Positions 55,917-64,000 of a stretch of 64,000 nucleotides of DNA are shown here, one piece after another. Below the pieces are notes generated by a model. The model did not search any database. It was not told the DNA's origin and saw only the letters and a list, made by a program, of their open reading frames with translations. The position numbers and the translations under genes are program-made. Source of the stretch: a virus (lineage: Duplodnaviria; Caudoviricetes); IMG/VR virus record IMGVR_UViG_3300020365_000001; one strand, written 5' to 3'. Position 1 is the first letter of the stretch; every line of letters starts with the position of its first letter.

Positions 55917-56733
55917 TTACTATCACCAAGTTCTTATCATTTCTATTCCAATACCCTGATCTATTTCCAAACAACCAGTCACCTGTCTCCTTCATAATAG
56001 CAGCACGGTATCTCATTTGCATACTGAGTCCTGTAATCTTTGCTAGTTGATCTATGTATGGAGTAGGATCTACTTTTTCTCCCGCATACCTACCACCCTT
56101 GTTCTTCCACCAGGCACCATCGATAGGGTTAGAGTCAGACCACCTATTGATAAACTCACGGGACGCTGACCATCCGTATGGCACGTCAGCAAGTTGCAAT
56201 GCTACCGCAAGAGACAACTGGTCTCTCCTACCACCTTGCATATACCACTCCCACCAAAGACTATCAATACTACTGGGTCCGTTACGCCAGATGACAGTTC
56301 CTAATGGCGAGAAGAATTTAGCAAAGTTATATCCTGAGGTAGAAACCTTGCTGGTAAAATCAATGATTGTCTCAGAGTCAACCAGTCCTCTGTGTATATG
56401 CTCTGCACACTCCTCAAGATAGTAATACTTATGTGGGTGCTGCATCAAAAAGAAGTCATGATTACTCAGGACTTCTTCACTCACCTCTATAAACTTATCA
56501 TTGACAGTGTGTAATTTAGATGCATCAATATAAACACTCTTACCTTCTATAGGACATAATATTTTTGGATGACGTGACAGTCTAACAGGATCATCATGAG
56601 AATACTTTATCTCTCTTAGTTCCCAACCCTCTTGCTCTTCTACAGTGCCATCATGGTAACATATAAAGTGTTCGCCTGATTTGTTAGGTGGTAGTTGGAA
56701 GTATGCATTTGTGATTGCTGTATAGTAAATCAT
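55906..56733 (-). CDS. DUF616-like glycosyltransferase-fold protein
   Basis: YTAITN, SRHPKIL, YIDA, QHP, RDQLSL. Confidence 0.75.
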   Translation of the reverse strand: MIYYTAITNAYFQLPPNKSGEHFICYHDGTVEEQEGWELREIKYSHDDPVRLSRHPKILCPIEGKSVYIDASKLHTVNDKFIEVSEEVLSNHDFFLMQHPHKYYYLEECAEHIHRGLVDSETIIDFTSKVSTSGYNFAKFFSPLGTVIWRNGPSSIDSLWWEWYMQGGRRDQLSLAVALQLADVPYGWSASREFINRWSDSNPIDGAWWKNKGGRYAGEKVDPTPYIDQLAKITGLSMQMRYRAAIMKETGDWLFGNRSGYWNRNDKNLVIVNGF

Positions 56734-58313
56734 ATCACTCCATAGTGTTTCATATAGAACCAGTGCTTATCATACTTGGCATACAGTCTGGGATTTAGTT
56801 TAGTAATTGGTTGCAACTTCTTCAGCAAATTATTTGCTGTCATGTATTGATCAAACTTACCCCGCTGAGTATGCTTACCTCTGCGTCCTACTTTATTGAA
56901 GAACCCAAGTTCAATACCACAATCATCTCTGTTGTCATAGAACTCTGGTTCGATACCAGTCAGTTGTCTAGCAACATCAAAAGGAATTGTATCCCTGTTG
57001 AACTTACCACTACCCCACTTATACCATGCCTGATCAAACTCACGTTGCTCGTCAGTCAGTGTTCTCCAAATGATTGTGCACTGAGGACTAGCATATTTTT
57101 TGAAGTCGTAGTCAGTCTCCCCCAATTTTTCCATGAAGTTCATGACACACTGCCTACTATAGAAAGCACATGTGTATCCTTCTAGGAGTTCATCGAGGAA
57201 AGAGAACTTACTACCATGCCTCAGCACTGAGAATGGGAATGACGTTCTACTATTTTCAATAAAGTCCTTTGTGAGTTTGAAGCACCCATCAATCCATACT
57301 GTGTGCGTTCCTTTAGGAAAGAACTCATGCGGGTTTGCCTTTACATAGAAAGCAAAGTCCCTAGGATCTTCTATATCTAAATCCAATTCCACATATTCCC
57401 ATGCTCCTACAGTGGTATCCATCTTCCCATCATGGAAACACACATACCTAACGTCAGGATCATAGTAACTGTCTTCAGGGAACTCGTCGTAGTTATTAGT
57501 GACGCAAGTAAAGACAACCAGATCTTTTACAGCATCACCATACTCATGTGGGATGTTGTCAACAGTCTTGTCGATGATATTCTTTACGAGATCTTTGAAC
57601 CCAAAGATCTGGTGCAGACTGTTCTGCAAGTCAACGATGTCTTTGTTCTTTGGTTTGGTAATAGGATATGATTGAATGTATTCTTTCTTCCTACCACTGT
57701 TGCTCAGATCTATCTGTAAGGGAATCCTATTGATCTTACACTCAGGTACCAGATACTCTGCCATAGAACTAGAGACCTGATCTCTATTCACACCACCCAT
57801 GTACCAGTCACGCCAGGTATTACACCACTTGATTACCTCAGGAGTCAATCTCCTCCACAGAACACAGTTGATAGTCTGCTTATAATATTCACCACGATAT
57901 CCTCTAGAGTGCATTAGTTTTGCCATCTCTATGATCTCAGAATGATCAGAGAAACCATAGGTACATAACTTATTGAATTCTGCGAACAGAGTTCTTTCCT
58001 CAGGATGAATCTGAATCGTAAAGTCAAACTCCTCCATCTTTCTAGAGAACTCTACAAACTCTTTCGTAATAGGATAGGAGGCGTCTATCCATACCGTAAA
58101 CTCACCCTCATCAAAGTAATGATGGGGCAAGTGTTTTGGGTGATAAGATTTTCTTACGAAGCACTCTTCAGTTTCTTCTAAAAGAACGTACTCCCAGGGT
58201 GCTTTCTGAGTTTCGATTGATCCATCATGAAAACAAACATACCTACAACTGGGGTCATAGTATGCATCAGGAACCCAGTCGTAGTCGTTTGTAATACAAG
58301 TATAGAATATCAA
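56730..58313 (-). CDS. Tandem two-domain DUF616-like glycosyltransferase
   Basis: YTCITNDYD...WIDA...RDQVS, then FTCVTNNYD...WIDG...RDTIPF. Confidence 0.75.
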   Translation of the reverse strand: MIFYTCITNDYDWVPDAYYDPSCRYVCFHDGSIETQKAPWEYVLLEETEECFVRKSYHPKHLPHHYFDEGEFTVWIDASYPITKEFVEFSRKMEEFDFTIQIHPEERTLFAEFNKLCTYGFSDHSEIIEMAKLMHSRGYRGEYYKQTINCVLWRRLTPEVIKWCNTWRDWYMGGVNRDQVSSSMAEYLVPECKINRIPLQIDLSNSGRKKEYIQSYPITKPKNKDIVDLQNSLHQIFGFKDLVKNIIDKTVDNIPHEYGDAVKDLVVFTCVTNNYDEFPEDSYYDPDVRYVCFHDGKMDTTVGAWEYVELDLDIEDPRDFAFYVKANPHEFFPKGTHTVWIDGCFKLTKDFIENSRTSFPFSVLRHGSKFSFLDELLEGYTCAFYSRQCVMNFMEKLGETDYDFKKYASPQCTIIWRTLTDEQREFDQAWYKWGSGKFNRDTIPFDVARQLTGIEPEFYDNRDDCGIELGFFNKVGRRGKHTQRGKFDQYMTANNLLKKLQPITKLNPRLYAKYDKHWFYMKHYGVI

Positions 58314-59047
58314 TTCAGGTTCTCCCGTGCTTGCTGTTGCTGACCCATTGCCTCACTGATAGTACGCTCAGTCACGTTACCAGGTTCCCTGATAAACCAA
58401 CCAGTGGCAATGTACTTAGACTGTTCGCCAGTCAAGAAAGCACCACGGTGCATGTGGGTGTACGTAGCAGGCCACATAACAATAGTTCCCTTCTTAGGAT
58501 GGAACGTTTTCTCCTGGTGATAGAAGTCAGTACCTCCACCATTCTCCGGGGGGATGTCATTCAGATAGATCATCCACGTCAGCACACGGTCACGGTACAA
58601 GAAGTTACCGTTCTCACAATGCCATACATGGTATCCACCACCAGGATCTGTGCGTTGGATCTTACATGTCCAGGAAGAAATCGGATCACAAGAGTCAACC
58701 AGACCCTTGTACTTCTCCACATAGATCTCAAATGCTTGACCAATACACTGGTTGATTTGTGCAGTGATAGTCTGGTCAGCAAGTTCCAGATACAACTGGT
58801 GATCCTTGCGACCCATACCACCCTTGGCAAACTGACTGTTACCTTTGTTGAAATGATCTAGAGAAAACTCATGACCATCCAACTCAGTTACAGGGTGACG
58901 AGACTCTTCCCCAACAAAATACTTTTTGTTATACCAGAACTCAAATACATCAACAATGCTATCACAGAAGTCCCACTTCACAAAGTTCTCAAAGACACCA
59001 ATGTGTCCGTAGTCCTGCATTTCTGTAAATTGTGGTTGCTCTGTCAT
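58310..59047 (-). CDS. 2OG-Fe(II) oxygenase (prolyl-hydroxylase-like)
   Basis: YHVWHCE, WMIYLND, GGGTDF, THMHRG, KYIATGW. Confidence 0.9.
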   Translation of the reverse strand: MTEQPQFTEMQDYGHIGVFENFVKWDFCDSIVDVFEFWYNKKYFVGEESRHPVTELDGHEFSLDHFNKGNSQFAKGGMGRKDHQLYLELADQTITAQINQCIGQAFEIYVEKYKGLVDSCDPISSWTCKIQRTDPGGGYHVWHCENGNFLYRDRVLTWMIYLNDIPPENGGGTDFYHQEKTFHPKKGTIVMWPATYTHMHRGAFLTGEQSKYIATGWFIREPGNVTERTISEAMGQQQQARENLN

Positions 59048-59850
59048 TGTTCTTTTGCTTGGTTTAGATATACAGATGGTGGTATTCTACCACAATACTC
59101 ATCGAGTTCCATGATGTCATCGACAGTGTGTTCGACTGCATCACGTTGCCAAAATTCTGCTAATGCATTCTTACTACCTTTGTGGAAGATGTCAATGTGT
59201 TCTTCATGAATAGCAGAACCCATATCAATTCGGTAGTTGAACAGTGGAGTGGAGTATGACTTACCACTGTCGAGGATCAGATCCTCTGACACTGAACGTG
59301 GTTTGATGTTCTGATCAATCTTCCACAGACTACCACGTTGATGCATCCTCAGTATCTTAGTTGCATGGTGCCTTGTGATCAGGTAACAAGCAGCAGAGAA
59401 ATCATTGATGAATCTATGGTGCAGTTTTAGAGTGATACCATTTGGATTGATGATGGTCAGTTGTAGACAATCAAAGTTGATTGGCACACGACGACGTACA
59501 TCTTTCCAGTTGAACGTCCAATGTTTGGCAGTGCTCAGGTCAACATCATCTTCCATGATGAAGACCTCATCCAGGTCAGTCTCTTCGACAAAGTATTTGA
59601 TTGCCGACAAGTGACTCAACACACAACCAATCTCACCAGAGTTCATGTTGTGTGGGATTGTTCCCTTCAAATATGATGCTGGGTCATCCTCCTTACCATC
59701 AATGCCAACGATGCGGTGATGCTTTTCGATTCCCCAGTAGGAGAACTGCTTCTCCATGTACTCACGACGGTCGGGATAGCGATCAAGGTTTACCCAGAGA
59801 ACAAAAGGAAACCCTTCCAGTTTTTTGAGTGCTTTATTCTTGTCCGGCAT
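59044..59850 (-). CDS. Glycosyltransferase family 25
   Basis: VNLDRYPDRR, GEIGCVLSH, IMEDDV, AACYLI. Confidence 0.88.
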   Translation of the reverse strand: MPDKNKALKKLEGFPFVLWVNLDRYPDRREYMEKQFSYWGIEKHHRIVGIDGKEDDPASYLKGTIPHNMNSGEIGCVLSHLSAIKYFVEETDLDEVFIMEDDVDLSTAKHWTFNWKDVRRRVPINFDCLQLTIINPNGITLKLHHRFINDFSAACYLITRHHATKILRMHQRGSLWKIDQNIKPRSVSEDLILDSGKSYSTPLFNYRIDMGSAIHEEHIDIFHKGSKNALAEFWQRDAVEHTVDDIMELDEYCGRIPPSVYLNQAKEQ

Positions 59851-60787
59851 CGTTCTTCACCCCGCGAGCGGTCATGTAATCAATATTAGTGTAGTAAGAA
59901 ACTAATTGTTTTCTTGTTTTGATTTTCAACTCTTCCCATAGACTACGGTTCTGTTCAATGTATGGGTTATGGAACCATGAGTTCTCTGATCTGATATGTT
60001 CCATGTGGAACACCAGTTCATTCAACCGCATCACATGGGAACAAGTATTGAATCTATGATACCTCTCATCATCCTCATAACCATAAGCAACAAACCCTTC
60101 GTTCTCTCCACCAAGTTTGATGTACTCTTCAGTGTCAAAGAACTGACAGAATCCAAACTTAGCATCATAAACTTTTGCCTTACCATTGAAGGCATTGAAG
60201 TTGAAGTTTGAATTGATGAACCGAGTCACGTCATTATCATCGATCGTCAACTGACGTTGATAGTCACCATACCCATAAGGATAGATGCACTTGACAGGTT
60301 CAGGTTCACCAACATCATCAGGAGCATATCCATTGATGATAGTATTCTGTGCCAGGATGTAAGTGTTGACTGGTAGTAGGATGTCACAGTCATAGTTGAC
60401 AACTACTGGAGTCTTCACCAACATCAACATGTCATTGAGGAGACGTGTCCTATGAAACGCTGTGTTGTTAGGGTCTGCCTTCTCAAAGATGTGATGAATC
60501 TTCGTCATCTTATCAGGAGGCAGTGCCATGTCCAACATGGGCACCACCTTCGTCAAAAATACTGACTCTAGATCATGCTCTTTGATAATGATCTGAGTGT
60601 CAAAGTTGCGGAGCAGATAGATCAGACACGTTGTGATGTTACGCATCCTATCAGCACTCTCAATCCTCAACGGAATGATGAAGGTAGTCTTGGATAGATC
60701 CCAGGAGTTTACTGGTTGGATTTGAAGATCCTCATACATTCCAAGGTCTTCAATTTCAATTCCTTCCTGTTCAATAGTCTTAGACAC
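59834..60787 (-). CDS. GT2/GT7-like galactosyltransferase
   Basis: DRMRN, FHRTRLLN, YDCD (DxD), GGENEGFVAYGYEDDE. Confidence 0.8.
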   Translation of the reverse strand: MSKTIEQEGIEIEDLGMYEDLQIQPVNSWDLSKTTFIIPLRIESADRMRNITTCLIYLLRNFDTQIIIKEHDLESVFLTKVVPMLDMALPPDKMTKIHHIFEKADPNNTAFHRTRLLNDMLMLVKTPVVVNYDCDILLPVNTYILAQNTIINGYAPDDVGEPEPVKCIYPYGYGDYQRQLTIDDNDVTRFINSNFNFNAFNGKAKVYDAKFGFCQFFDTEEYIKLGGENEGFVAYGYEDDERYHRFNTCSHVMRLNELVFHMEHIRSENSWFHNPYIEQNRSLWEELKIKTRKQLVSYYTNIDYMTARGVKNDAGQE

Positions 60788-61568
60788 TTACAACCTCCCA
60801 GTTGTCACAGTATAGATCTGATGTGTTGTGATTCTTTGTGTATCCTGTACCAAACCACCTTTCAGGTGCCAGGATTCTTTTGTTTGGATTCTTACTCAAC
60901 CAGGATCCCCACCAAGAGAATGAAGAGTTTGCAATGATGAAGTCATCACAGAGACTCATCATGCAAAGGTCTGCCACATTGTCTCCGCCTTCCGAAATTA
61001 GAAACCGATCATCTGTAAATTGCTCGTGACACCACACAGGATCGTCACTAAAAACAATACAATTCCGGTCACTATCAAAGTGCGAAAGACACGCATCATA
61101 ATACTCCTTGGTGCAGGGAGGATGGTTGTCACAGTTAGTTAGGTAATCACCGCGACGCACATGTAAAGCGATAGGTCGGTCAACCGAACTAATCATTTCC
61201 ACACAAGGATCATGGATGTCATTCTTGAATTCAAAGTCCTGACGGATCTCAGATTCAATATGCTTGAACCATTTCTCACTCTGCAAATACCCATAGACAT
61301 TGTGTCCGTCAGGAGTATTGTCAAACAGATTCTTGTCAAAGTGAAAGTGTGCCTCTTGAACATAAGGTCCAGGACACACCGCAATATTTGTCAACCCTAC
61401 TAGTTTGAAGCACTCAAACAGTTGGTGGTCATGCCACTCATCCTCAAACTTACTAGGAGGGATACAGAAATCATATCCTTTATGTGCTGCTATGCCACGC
61501 AGTCCAGCATACTGGAACATCTGGTTTCCCAGACGCCCATGTCTGCCGAGGTGGTTGAATCCAATCAT
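60780..61568 (-). CDS. Alpha-1,2-fucosyltransferase (GT11)
   Basis: GRLGNQMFQYA, GYLQSEKWF, HVRRGDY, FSDD, IIANSSFSWWG. Confidence 0.92.
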   Translation of the reverse strand: MIGFNHLGRHGRLGNQMFQYAGLRGIAAHKGYDFCIPPSKFEDEWHDHQLFECFKLVGLTNIAVCPGPYVQEAHFHFDKNLFDNTPDGHNVYGYLQSEKWFKHIESEIRQDFEFKNDIHDPCVEMISSVDRPIALHVRRGDYLTNCDNHPPCTKEYYDACLSHFDSDRNCIVFSDDPVWCHEQFTDDRFLISEGGDNVADLCMMSLCDDFIIANSSFSWWGSWLSKNPNKRILAPERWFGTGYTKNHNTSDLYCDNWEVVSV

Positions 61569-61954
61569 GATTGCCAGTGATAGTGAAAGAAGTTACCTCT
61601 GTGATGACACATAGGGTCTTGGGATGGAACTCGATATCGGAGCATGGTCTGCCCCTTGAAATCAGTTCGGTCCCCAATAATATTGTATGCCTTCTGCATT
61701 GCTGTAACGTTTTGCAGTCGCTTGACCACTCGTGGATCAGCAGTAGGTCTTCGTCTCAAGAATCCTTCATACTGTCCACGTTGATATACAACGTTGGCAA
61801 CCGTGTTGGGAAAGTGAGGTGACCTGACACGGTTCAAGATTGAAACAGCAACACACAACTCATCTTGAGTGTTACGTGCCGCTTCAACCTGCACTGCTCG
61901 TGCAAGATGATCAAAGTCAAGAGGAGTCAGTGCTAGAAGTGCCTCAAGAAACAT
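61565..61954 (-). CDS. SleB/CwlJ-like cell wall hydrolase
   Basis: VQVEA catalytic Glu, ILNRVRSPHFPNTV..VVYQRGQYE. Confidence 0.85.
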   Translation of the reverse strand: MFLEALLALTPLDFDHLARAVQVEAARNTQDELCVAVSILNRVRSPHFPNTVANVVYQRGQYEGFLRRRPTADPRVVKRLQNVTAMQKAYNIIGDRTDFKGQTMLRYRVPSQDPMCHHRGNFFHYHWQS

Positions 61955-62636
61955 TGTGTTTTTCCTTTAGATAATCAATTTCCTTGGGAAGGAGATGCTC
62001 GTGCAGTCTTTGAGTCTGACTGGGGTGTTCTCGGTTAGAGATGTGGTAGTGGGGGAGCAGTGCCGGTTTCCCGTGGTCCTTGTACAACCTATAGAACATA
62101 TCACAATCCATGAGCATAGTCAACTCCTCATCAAAGTAGATGCCCAGGTTGTTACGGACGGCAAGGATGGAAGGGGAACTCAGGGTGTTGACACCTTCCA
62201 ACAATTTGCTGTTCCACACAGGAGTCTTAGGATTGTAATGAGTCTTACCATCATCCAGAGTATGAGCAAATCCTGTGACTGCCCACTCAACTTTAGGTTC
62301 TAGAAAAGCATTGATCAACTCTGCATTGAGATTCCTAGTAAGAATCATATCGTCAGAGAAGATGATCTTTAGAATGCCTCGGTCTGCCAACCGCATAGCA
62401 GAGTTGGTATTGGCAGAAATATTTCCTCGGTCATCTTCATTGCGAACGTAATTGATCTCAAAAAGATCATCATACTCTTCGCATGCCTGCAAGACTTTGT
62501 TAGAGGAACCATGATCAGACACCCACACATTGAAATCCATGTCTGTCTGTAGAGACAGGGCATGAAAAATATCAAACAAATACTGCTGGCACTTTGGATT
62601 TTTATCGTGCGTCGGGATGCAATAACTTACAGACAT
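61944..62636 (-). CDS. Glycosyltransferase family 2
   Basis: YCIPT, VSDHGS, NTNSA, FSDD, DCDMFYRL. Confidence 0.85.
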   Translation of the reverse strand: MSVSYCIPTHDKNPKCQQYLFDIFHALSLQTDMDFNVWVSDHGSSNKVLQACEEYDDLFEINYVRNEDDRGNISANTNSAMRLADRGILKIIFSDDMILTRNLNAELINAFLEPKVEWAVTGFAHTLDDGKTHYNPKTPVWNSKLLEGVNTLSSPSILAVRNNLGIYFDEELTMLMDCDMFYRLYKDHGKPALLPHYHISNREHPSQTQRLHEHLLPKEIDYLKEKHNVS

Positions 62637-63424
62637 TAGCGAAGATCGCTCATAATTTTTCTAGTGAGGCGTGGAACCACATCGTTGTCACTATGGAATT
62701 GCTTTGCAATCTCATAGTTCTCTTCGATAGCATCCTTTCTCCAATCATACTTGTCTGCATCCAGATGTTTTAGGATCAGTTCAAGTTCTTCCATATCATG
62801 GAAGACAATTACTCCGTCCATATTGAACCAGTCTCCTAGGTTAGGACAACCATAGTAGATGGGAACCGTCTTTGATGCAAAGCAATCAATGACCTTCTCA
62901 GTAAAGTAGTTTCTCTGTCGAGAGTTCTCTACTGCGATATGGAACTTAGCATTCTCGAAGAAATCATTTCTCCTCTCATGGAAGGGAGGAGATTTATGTG
63001 CATAATACTGGAGTCCATTTGAAACGTCAACATTTTTGAGCATTTCAAAAATTTCCAACCGCATACGGTGACCCACAGTCTGATTCTTTTCACTGGTCAC
63101 AAAGGTAACGTTGTTACCCTTGTCAAGAATCAAATCCTTGAAGTCCAACCAACTAGATCCCCACTCAAAGAGTTCGGCCTGTGGATATTTCTCTAGGATT
63201 TTTTCAGTGAACGTGTAGATCTTGTCGAACTGATACGCACTACGGAGTGCACCCTCAGTCACTGTAGGTAAGATAGAATATGGTTCTGCCAGGAACAGGA
63301 TTTTATAATCCGCCCGCACATCATAATCTAAGTTATCGATCGAGATGCTTACACTTTTATCACCCAGGTCAAGATTCTTATCTTGCCATGGGTTCCACCA
63401 CAGAGGATAATATTTTACTGTCAT
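62636..63424 (-). CDS. GT10-like (alpha-1,3-fucosyltransferase-like) protein
   Basis: FHIAVENS..NYFTEKVIDCF..TVPIYYG. Confidence 0.8.
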   Translation of the reverse strand: MTVKYYPLWWNPWQDKNLDLGDKSVSISIDNLDYDVRADYKILFLAEPYSILPTVTEGALRSAYQFDKIYTFTEKILEKYPQAELFEWGSSWLDFKDLILDKGNNVTFVTSEKNQTVGHRMRLEIFEMLKNVDVSNGLQYYAHKSPPFHERRNDFFENAKFHIAVENSRQRNYFTEKVIDCFASKTVPIYYGCPNLGDWFNMDGVIVFHDMEELELILKHLDADKYDWRKDAIEENYEIAKQFHSDNDVVPRLTRKIMSDLR

Positions 63425-63999
63425 CGTATGTCTTGGAAATGATAATGAAAACCGAAGGTCTCAATACCTTCATGCTCTGGGCACTCTACCTCTTTAGAGA
63501 ACCTAGCGGCAACTTCCACTGGTGCAAAGACGCATCCTTGCTCCTCAAAAATATGCCGGTTGTGGACACAAATGTTGCCGTCCTCATTATATAGTCCGGC
63601 ATTCATATGCTTATAGAAGTCTCCCTGATTGACTTCCCAGGGTACAGTTACACGCGAGGGGACCTGTAGTAACTTTCTGGAACGTAAGGAAAATCCCCCA
63701 TTCCCAACCCGTTGGTTCTTACCCCAGGGGTCGAGGAAGGCATTTGGATCGTCTCTCCAGGGGGCACCGATGTAGTCGTACTGTAACCACGAACTATCCC
63801 AAAGCCAAGGTCGAATAACAAAACCGTCAGGATGGATAAGGAGGCAATGCGTGGACTGAATATGATTGATAAGGTTATATATACAATAAAAATTGAAATC
63901 ATTGATGCTTTGAATTGGATAGGTTTCCTCATACTGTGCTTGGTCGCAGAGACCTTCTGGTCTCCCCTTGCTGCCAAGAAATTTGACAGCACCCCATTC
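63421..63999 (-). CDS. DUF5672-family glycosyltransferase-like protein (5' end outside the window)
   Basis: Hand translation: IHPDGFV..YDYIGAPW..VGNGGFSLRSRKL..NEDG..FGFH. Confidence 0.8.
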   Translation of the reverse strand, partial: EWGAVKFLGSKGRPEGLCDQAQYEETYPIQSINDFNFYCIYNLINHIQSTHCLLIHPDGFVIRPWLWDSSWLQYDYIGAPWRDDPNAFLDPWGKNQRVGNGGFSLRSRKLLQVPSRVTVPWEVNQGDFYKHMNAGLYNEDGNICVHNRHIFEEQGCVFAPVEVAARFSKEVECPEHEGIETFGFHYHFQDIR

Positions 64000-64000
64000 A

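Noticed and set aside
63421-63992. Track ORFs 63421-63606 and 63648-63992 as separate genes
   Set aside because: One continuous DUF5672-like frame runs from the window edge to 63421; 63648-63992 is an alternative frame
1-64000. tRNA or rRNA genes
   Set aside because: No cloverleaf or T-loop signature was noticed in the few intergenic gaps; tRNAscan-SE would be needed to exclude them formally

Overview
The window is a 64-kb segment of a T4-like marine cyanophage genome (Kyanoviridae-type myovirus, probably infecting Synechococcus), almost entirely coding and mostly on the minus strand. From left to right it holds: a CobS-like AAA ATPase (partial) with a zincin/VWA partner; a small sugar-nucleotide island (KdsB-like cytidylyltransferase, SIS-HAD fusion); tail fibre and baseplate genes (gp5, gp26, gp51, gp48, gp53, gp2, gp4, tape-measure-like genes) with cp12; and the replication/transcription core (gp32, gp59, gp33, exonuclease, phoH, thyX), interrupted by three radical SAM genes and a three-piece carbamoyltransferase. 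It continues with a glutamine-riboswitch-like region, photosynthesis genes (petF, petE, psbD, psbA with a PhotoRC-II-like leader) and a ~10-kb glycosyltransferase island containing five DUF616-like domains. The most striking observations are (1) an interlocked tandem glutamine-riboswitch-like RNA with a 53-codon ORF nested inside one stem-loop, (2) a split carbamoyltransferase with two alternative transfer subunits coupled to paralogous radical SAM enzymes, (3) a probable hydroxylation/glycosylation pathway, and (4) a dispersed 44-bp A/T-tract element at accessory-gene junctions. All family assignments come from recognising motifs by eye; no database searches were run.
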